NCBI GenBank assembly: GCA_964016885.1
Contig: OZ024749.1
Coordinates: 47,740,001-47,804,000, forward strand
Reading direction: 5' to 3'
DNA length: 64,000 nucleotides
Source: Eledone cirrhosa
Taxonomy: Eukaryota
Shown here: positions 55,950 through 64,000 of the stretch, in pieces
Layout of the letters: each line of letters starts with the position of its first letter
Numbering within the stretch: position 1 is the first letter of the stretch
Translations under genes and position numbers: made by a program
Notes under the pieces: model-generated
Databases searched by the model: none
The model's input: only the letters and a program-made list of their open reading frames with translations
What the model was told of the DNA's origin: nothing

Positions 55950-56985
55950 ATGTTTGTCCTCGTCAGTGGCCTTCCAACCGTCGTAGGCATTTCGTCGCAT
56001 TAAAGGCCATATACCTCAGGTTGGTGCGAGCAACGGCTAAAAAAAGTCGTTGAGACACGTAAATAAGGGGGACTCTAGGGTAAACAAACAAAATGGTTTA
56101 AGCAACAGAAAGTGATGAAGAAGAAACTAGTCCCAGATTTCTATGAATATAAATTCGGTGGAATCGTGAACGAGAGAATAAAGACCATCAAACCTGGTTG
56201 AAATGTGAGCAAGGAAGGAATTTCGCACATGTCTAACGGGAGGAAGAAGGGGTCTGGTCTGCGAATTCGGTAAACATAAGTTCTGTGAAGTCGCAGACGA
56301 TAGAGAGAGAAAAAAAATGCCTACGAAGGTTGGAAGGCCACTGATGAGGTCAAGCTTTTTTCATATGTAACCCATTTGCAGCGCCGCAGCTCCATTATTA
56401 TCATATTTACACATATATTTTTTCCTCCGCTGCCACCAGTCTGTTTCGTTATTTGTGTCTTTACCCTTTCTAGCAGTCTCTCTCTCTCTGTTAGCCTCTT
56501 CCTCACCTTTCACTCACTCACTCTCTGTCACTACCTCTCCTCCTCCCATTCTTCCCGTTTGACCTGTCCGTAATCCTTTTCTCGCGGGCACTTGGCCAAG
56601 CCGGTATGAACTTTTTTTCTCTCTATCTCTCGTCTGCGACTTCACAGAACTTATGTTTACCGAATTCGCAGACCAGACCCCTTCTTCCTCTCGTTAGACC
56701 TGTGCGAAATTCCTTCCTTGCTCACATTTCAACCAGGTTTGATGGTCTTTATTCTCTCGTTCACGATTCCACCGAATTTATATTCATAGAAATCTGGGAC
56801 TAGTTTCTTCTTCATCACTTTCTGTTGCTTAAACCATTTTGTTTGTTTCCCCTAGCGTCCCCCTTATTTACCTGTCCCAACGACTTTTTTTAGCCGTTGC
56901 TCGCACCAACCTGAGGTATATGGCCTTTAATGCGACGAAATGCCTACGTCGGTTGGAAGGCCACTGATGAGGACAAACTTGTTCA
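55946..56985. mobile_element. Large fold-back element: ~370-nt near-identical inverted arms (55946-56317 and 56612-56985)
   Basis: The arms differ at only a few positions by eye. The spacer starts with a direct copy of the arm terminus plus a tail (56315-56416); (TA)n on both sides. Confidence 0.9.
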
Positions 56986-57008
56986 TATTTATATATATAT
57001 ATATATAA

Positions 57009-57070
<62 letters not shown>

Positions 57071-57075
<5 letters not shown>

Positions 57076-57257
57076 CAGCACGGACACTCTATCTCAAAAT
57101 TATTTTTGAAAAGCATTTAGAAATGCGCAACCGGTAAAAACTTAGAAACTTAAAACCACAACTGAATACTAACACATACAATCACTAATACTCTTTTATT
57201 CCTAATTAAACCATTTTTCAACTGTGAATATTTTGTCAGCATTTTCTATTCCGTTTA

Positions 57258-57261
<4 letters not shown>
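57071..57261 (-). mobile_element. Family A 5' portion
   Basis: Reverse complement aligns to 63128-63305 and shares the same ttggtaaacggaatagaaaatgctgac boundary at (TA)n. Confidence 0.85.
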
Positions 57262-57314
<53 letters not shown>

Positions 57315-59645
57315 TGGTGGGGGTGACAATAAATTAATGGAGGTTTTAATAAAGACATATTTCCAAAAATTGTTTATTGTCTATACTTCAGGAAAGGAGA
57401 ATATTTGTTACTGAACAAAGAAGAGAAAGGAGTTTAGTTTGAGAGGAAATAGTAATTAAATGATATAATGAGAGCAAGAGAATTCGTTGGTTTTTCTCGT
57501 CTTATCAAAAGCTGTCTAGATTTAGTAAAATACATGGTAAAGATAAGTGAGAAGAGAAGTAGTTCAAGAGATAGATAGAGAGGGATATGGGATATGATAT
57601 AGTACAGAAAACAGAGTAGAGCTTGAAAGGGAAAAAACAAACTACCTAGAAGTGTATGGGTTGTTCCTACCAAATAATTACAAAAAAAGAAAATATCAAA
57701 ATACTGCTTTTTACAGTCATGCATCGTCTGTTTCATTCATCATGTTATGATGGACTGTTTAAATATATTCTTTACACAATGCTTATACATTCTGATAGAG
57801 TTTGTTGAGGTATTTCATCGTGTTTTGCATATTAAATAAATCAAATCGATAGTGTGATAAAGATAATTTTTTCGAGTAAATTCTCGAGAGAAGCCATGTA
57901 ACACTGATAGGAAAAATCCAACTATGCATACAATTATACATTGACAGTGACGACATATATACACATTCCCTTACAGAGGGACGCATGCAACATCAGAGAA
58001 ATAATTACAGGACAAAATGTGAGAAGGGCGGGGATATATAATTAAATATAAAACGCTGATCTGAATGTTGACGCAAACTAATTAAACACAGTTTCAGTAT
58101 AATCACAAACATTTACCGTTGAAAGAAAATAAATGAAACCTTATAATATTTGATTAATTTCCGACCCATCAATTGATCATAAGATTATTTCTTTACAGTG
58201 AAAATGGAAAATAATTTACAATTCTCTATTTTGTTCACTAAATATCATTAAACTAAATAATAGTCAGTTAGAAAACAGATAATAAGACGGTAAATTAATA
58301 CTTACACTAACTTAGAATAGATAAAAAAAGTAGAACAAATTCAATTATATTTAAATATTTAAATTTCTAAAATCGACTTAGATTTTTCATTATATTTCAT
58401 GTATATATAGATTTGGGTTTTAGAATATCATGGATTTTTTTTTAAGAGAGCTGTCGAAAGGAAAATTGGATAAATATATATCTATGTGTATACCTCAATT
58501 TTTAAATAGCATTAAATATAAAAATATAAGGACAAGGTATTAAATCAATAATGGATTAACAGATAACATTTATAAGCTAAAACTCATCTCCAGAGTAGAA
58601 TAATTATGACTTTAATTCAAGTAGAAACAATTTCATGAAACATTAACTACATTCACGTTGATTTAAAATGTCTTAAATTGCTATGTAATCTGTTGAATTC
58701 TTGAAAATCATTATATGGAGCTTAGCTGTCAGAGGATACAATTAAACGAATGTCTAAAATTATTTAACAATTCATCCCCAGAATGTGTTGAAATTCCAAC
58801 TCTCATTATTTATATTCTTGGAGATATTCAGGTTAATTGTAAGTATGATGTATAATATGTGTTTATTTATAGTGATTTAATTGAAAAACAGTTGTAGGCT
58901 GTAATCTTTTCCTGATCCTTAATTATTTACGTTTTACTATTAACTTATTCAATATGAAAATACGTATATATACTATATTAACAACCACTATGCTCTCATC
59001 ATTCTAATTTGTAATTTCGAGTTATGTGTTAGTCCACATTTCATGAAGTGCATTCGTTTTGTTAGCACGTGTACTTGTTGATATATTTATTCCATAGTTA
59101 AGAATATTACCCTGGTCATTGCTTGCTTAATAAATCATGTGTTATCTAAACTACTTTGTGAGGTCCAAGTATTTGATTCCTTGGTGGGGATTGCACTGAA
59201 TCGGAAAAAAAGATATGATTTAATAACCATACCATGAAGAGATTTGCAGATCCGCTTAATGCATTTGTGTTTGTGTTTCTGTTTCATTCATTCTATACTG
59301 TGAATTAATGAATTATTATTAGTTGTAATGGCTTTGTTTTTTTATGATCAAGTTATTCCCTCTATTACAATATTTACTATTTAATAGATCAAATGAGGAT
59401 ACTGCTATTTGTGTTGTTGTTGCTGAAATGTTTATAATGTTCGTTTTGCTCCGATATAATGTCTTGGGTTTACTCATATGTATGCCAGGTTGTCCTTATT
59501 TACTACCGTATTTGATAAGTTCATGAAAGTATTAGTATCCAGTATTACACCTATTATATATTTCCTCCGACTCTTATTGATATGCAGACTTCAAATCTGG
59601 TTCTACGTATACATTAATATCAGAAATATTTCAGACATATTTATA

Positions 59646-59720
<75 letters not shown>

Positions 59721-59780
59721 ATATATCTCTCTCTCGCTCTCGCTCTCTCATCGTTTAACGTCCATCTTCCACGTTGACAT

Positions 59781-59830
<50 letters not shown>

Positions 59831-60163
59831 TCACATGTATATATATATATATATACGCATGCAATTACAGGCACACACACACGCACACAGACAGACACAC
59901 ACACACACATATATATATATATATTTATTCGGTTCGATGTAACGTTATGTTTTAATGCAGGGACAAATATAACTAAATTATCTGTATCTTATTAAATACG
60001 TATTTTCGGAAAGTTCGGAATTATTTTGAAATGTTTATTAGAAAGGGTTTTAAATTTAGTTGCTTTAGGAACAGCTAATATTAATGTAAACACGTTTAAA
60101 CAATTGTCCATAGCCAATTCTTCCAGTCGTGTAATTGTTATAATCTCGTAGGTTGTCCATTAA

Positions 60164-60348
60164 ATAATTGTTTCTACTTTAGGCACAAGGCCAGCAATTA
60201 TCCAGTGCATTACTGGTACTTTATTTTATCGACCCCGTAAGGATGAAAGGCAAAGTCAACCTCGGCGGGATTTGAACTCAGATTGTAAAGGGACGTAACT
60301 ATGCTGGAAAGCTTGGCGACTGACCCTCTACCGATACTACCAATCCAC
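60164..60348 (-). mobile_element. Full-length young tRNA-SINE
   Basis: Close match to 27536-27728, 40391-40579 and 51584-51761. Confidence 0.92.
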
Positions 60349-61982
60349 ATGTATTTCGGAATCGATAGACTTTGTACGAAAATATGTGTAGCAAATAATT
60401 CAATTTCTAAGAACTATATTGGATTCAAGGATAATCATTTTACGGTATAGTTCTGTCAACATATTCATTCAGATATAAATACTCAATGAACTTTAGATAT
60501 CTATATATGACCTTTCATAAATACATTATCAGAAATGATATCACCATAACACTCTGACAAATGCACATACCCTTATACCACAAGAAAGTGAATATATTTT
60601 CATAGCTATATCGTAATGAAAATTATATTGATAATTGTTAAACCCTATGTAGTTAGTTATTGTGCCGAATAAATCGGAACTTAGGTGTATTATTAATTAT
60701 ATCCAAGCATATTATATTATATATATGGGTTTAATTATCAAGAATGTGCGCGATGATGCCCAATCTAAGGCATAGTTCCAACAACAGTAAAAAGAACTAG
60801 CTTGTAATTCAGAAAACGCTTTAATCTTTGAGAAAATTTAGCTCTTGTTAAAGGATCCATCCTCTGGTTTCTTATAATGCAGTCATTGATCAGTAATATA
60901 TATAACCTGGAAATGTATGTCAGACAGTATGATTTATGACATTAATCTGTGAGATATCTTCAACCATTACTGGATCTCAATATAATATCATATCGTATAT
61001 ATTGGCTTCATATTAATATTAATAAGAAGAATTTCCCCAAAGATGTGTGGTATGAATTCTCCAGCTGAGAAATCCTTTAGTAATTCTAACATGAATGAAA
61101 CTTTATGAGGTGGAATACATAAGGCGATAAATGGCATTTTATAGAATACATTTAAAACTATGAAACCCCAGTCTAAATACACATTAATAATGTAGGAATA
61201 CTCGATGTAAAGTATTAGCCTTTTATGTAGACATGGATAACTGAAGTCCGGGAGATAATTGTGGTTCACAATCCTAGTGAATTTACCGTTTCAAACATTC
61301 ACTTGCTTTCTTATAAACAATTCTTTTGATATCTAATTGACCGAGTCAATTTACGAATCTATAATGAAACAGTAAATACATAACTGTATCTTTAGTTTTA
61401 CTGGTGTTATCAAATACAACTCAACTATAAAGCAATGCCGATCTGTTTTGATATTTCTATGGAAGCATACACATGGTGTTCATACATCAAAGTATTTGGA
61501 AGGACTTTATATACGTTATAATTCCAGGTGGAATTAGAACGTATACAAATCCATTGTACATGCGTGTTGTTCTGTTTCACTGTGCCTCATAACAGTTGAC
61601 ACAAACTTGCGTATACAGCGTATAAGTTAAATGATCTTGGAAAGAGATGCAACCAAGTAGTTCACAAAATCAGAAAAAAACAGATGCGGTCAGTCCATAT
61701 ATTCATGAAATATTTGTGATTAACAACCTTCTTGAATCATTTACAAATTTTAGCGCCATTATTTATGTTTATTTGCAAATGAAAATACACATTTTATAGG
61801 GTATGTACATGATTGTTTTCATTAAGGTCACATTGTAAAATTTAATAAATATAGTATAGTTACCGAGGCGATAGAAAAATCATTTTCTTTACCAGGACGA
61901 ACTGAGACACACACAAACACACACGCACACACACATACACACACACACACATACACACACATACACACACACATATATATAT

Positions 61983-62354
61983 ATATCAACTAGAAATTGA
62001 TTGACACATATATATGTTCAAAATAAACACAGGAAACAATCACAGGGGATAATTTGTAAAGTGTGTAATCACACATAGCGAGGTGGGTAACTAATTTAAT
62101 TTTAACTAGAGCAATTCTAAAACTACTAACAACATGCTAGCGTCACCCCAGAGGCGTGAATAGCGTGATCGGCAGCTATAAATAGCAGCCGAGTACTCCA
62201 TGTGTTTATTTTAAATATATATATATGTCAATCAATTTCAAGTTGATATAAAATCCTTGGATTTATTCATTGGAATCTTTGAGCTTATTCTACGGTGGAT
62301 ATGGCGCATGTCTCGGCCGTGACTCCCTTAAGTTAACTTAATTAAATTAATTTA

Positions 62355-62357
<3 letters not shown>
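61983..62357. mobile_element. Fold-back element, family E (49-nt arms 61983-62031 and 62201-62249, plus ~105-nt tail)
   Basis: atatcaactagaaattgattgacacata / tatgtcaatcaatttcaagttgatat; within (TA)n. Confidence 0.7.
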
Positions 62358-62397
<40 letters not shown>

Positions 62398-62434
62398 TTA
62401 TTACTTGAATTCTATAAGAATCCAACATTCATAA

Positions 62435-62526
62435 TTTTCAGCAGACAAAGGGGGTGATAAGCTCTGAGGTGGACCAACAGTACGAAACAGAGATTTGTCA
62501 GCTTATCTCCCTTTGTTTGCTGAAAA
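62435..62526 (+). ncRNA. Type-I hammerhead-like RNA closed by a ~28-bp helix I
   Basis: ttttcagcagacaaagggggtgataagct-CTGAGGT-ggac caaca gtac-GAAA-cagagatttg-TC-agcttatctccctttgtttgctgaaaa. A9>U and one helix II mismatch. Confidence 0.65.
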
Positions 62527-62618
62527 AAGAAGTAGGTGACATAGTGACTACTTTAAAACAATAGGGTAAGGTCTACAAAATGCTTTTAATTCAGCATACA
62601 TTGTATTGCAAAATACAC

Positions 62619-62659
<41 letters not shown>

Positions 62660-63127
62660 GTGTGTGCAAGACGTCCCAAAAAGTCATACATACTTTAACA
62701 ACATTCTAATAAATATCGCCTGCACAAGTAATCAAAACCGGTATACGTTTGTGGGAACACTTTATATATATACGTATATATATATTAAGACAGGGGGAAA
62801 GAAAATATGGCTTCACTTGTGCTTTCCAGAAATTTATTTTCTTCACAAAATCCCAAAATAATTTTTTTCCGGATTAGAAAAAAAGTTTTTTGTTAAAAAA
62901 AGTTATTTTATAAATTAAGTAGGAGTTCTTGGTTAACGTGGGAGGTATTGTTTCGTTTTTAGAACGACCTTTCACGCTGAGATGCGCTTGTCAAACTGAT
63001 GTGTATGTGGTGTGTTGTTCTATATATAGGGATTTAACATGTCTGTGGTGTGGTGGGGGTTTTTTCTCCCCCTTTTAATAAGTGTATGGGTGTAGGTGTG
63101 TTGAAAAAGTGTTAGTATATATATATA

Positions 63128-63584
<457 letters not shown>

Positions 63585-63588
63585 TATA

Positions 63589-63641
<53 letters not shown>

Positions 63642-63684
63642 TATAGTATATATATATATATAAATATATATATATAAATATAAC

Positions 63685-63738
<54 letters not shown>

Positions 63739-64000
63739 CACTCACCCTCACTGTCTATATCTATCTACCTCTATGTTCTTCTCCTCTCATTAAGCAACCC
63801 CCTCAAATTTGTACATATACCTAACCCTTAACAACCCTTTTCTACTAGAATTTCTCTACATGATGTATCACGCACCAATGCATTTTGTACAAGACATTGT
63901 TGTGGGTGACTGCAAATAAATCAGTGATTAGATTACATCCAACATCTATTTAATTATGTAGAGGTATTTTAACATCAATGGAAGATATTGAGAGTGTCAT

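Noticed and set aside
56930-56985. Possible permuted (type II) hammerhead GAAA..GTC..CTGATGA
   Set aside because: Helix II cannot pair, and the GTC triplet is not conserved in the other two copies (GAC, GAA).
60988-61269. 93-aa minus-strand ORF
   Set aside because: No recognisable motif or splice context; length compatible with chance.
62666-62764. Possible Tc1/mariner-type MITE (gtcccaaaaagt..tttgtgggaacac)
   Set aside because: Inverted repeats too degenerate and single copy in the window.

Overview
AT-rich, microsatellite-dense eukaryotic non-genic or intronic DNA. The (TA)n load and the SINE family suggest a coleoid cephalopod, probably an octopod; this is inference. No intact host protein-coding gene is evident, and almost every ORF in the track is a microsatellite artefact. 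Recognisable content: (1) a 5'-truncated Penelope-like element (RT plus C-terminal GIY-YIG, 10065-12133) with inverted pseudo-LTRs carrying hammerhead ribozymes, and a second Penelope endonuclease remnant (6280-6722); (2) an R4/Dong-type LINE with a restriction-like endonuclease inserted in (TAA)n; (3) RTE-type LINE fragments; (4) about 12 copies of a tRNA-derived SINE. The most striking pattern is at least six mutually dissimilar families of short non-coding fold-back elements sitting inside (TA)n tracts. They share one layout: an arm ending exactly at a TA, the inverted arm, then a 55-140 nt tail. Several carry type-I hammerhead motifs with a palindromic helix III, and about a dozen intact or decayed hammerheads occur in 64 kb. 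They look like a TA-targeted, ribozyme-bearing, non-autonomous Penelope-derived system. Also noted are a possible 5.6 kb inversion splitting an RTE element and a possible decayed three-finger (Ly6-like) exon pair. All alignments and folds were done by eye.
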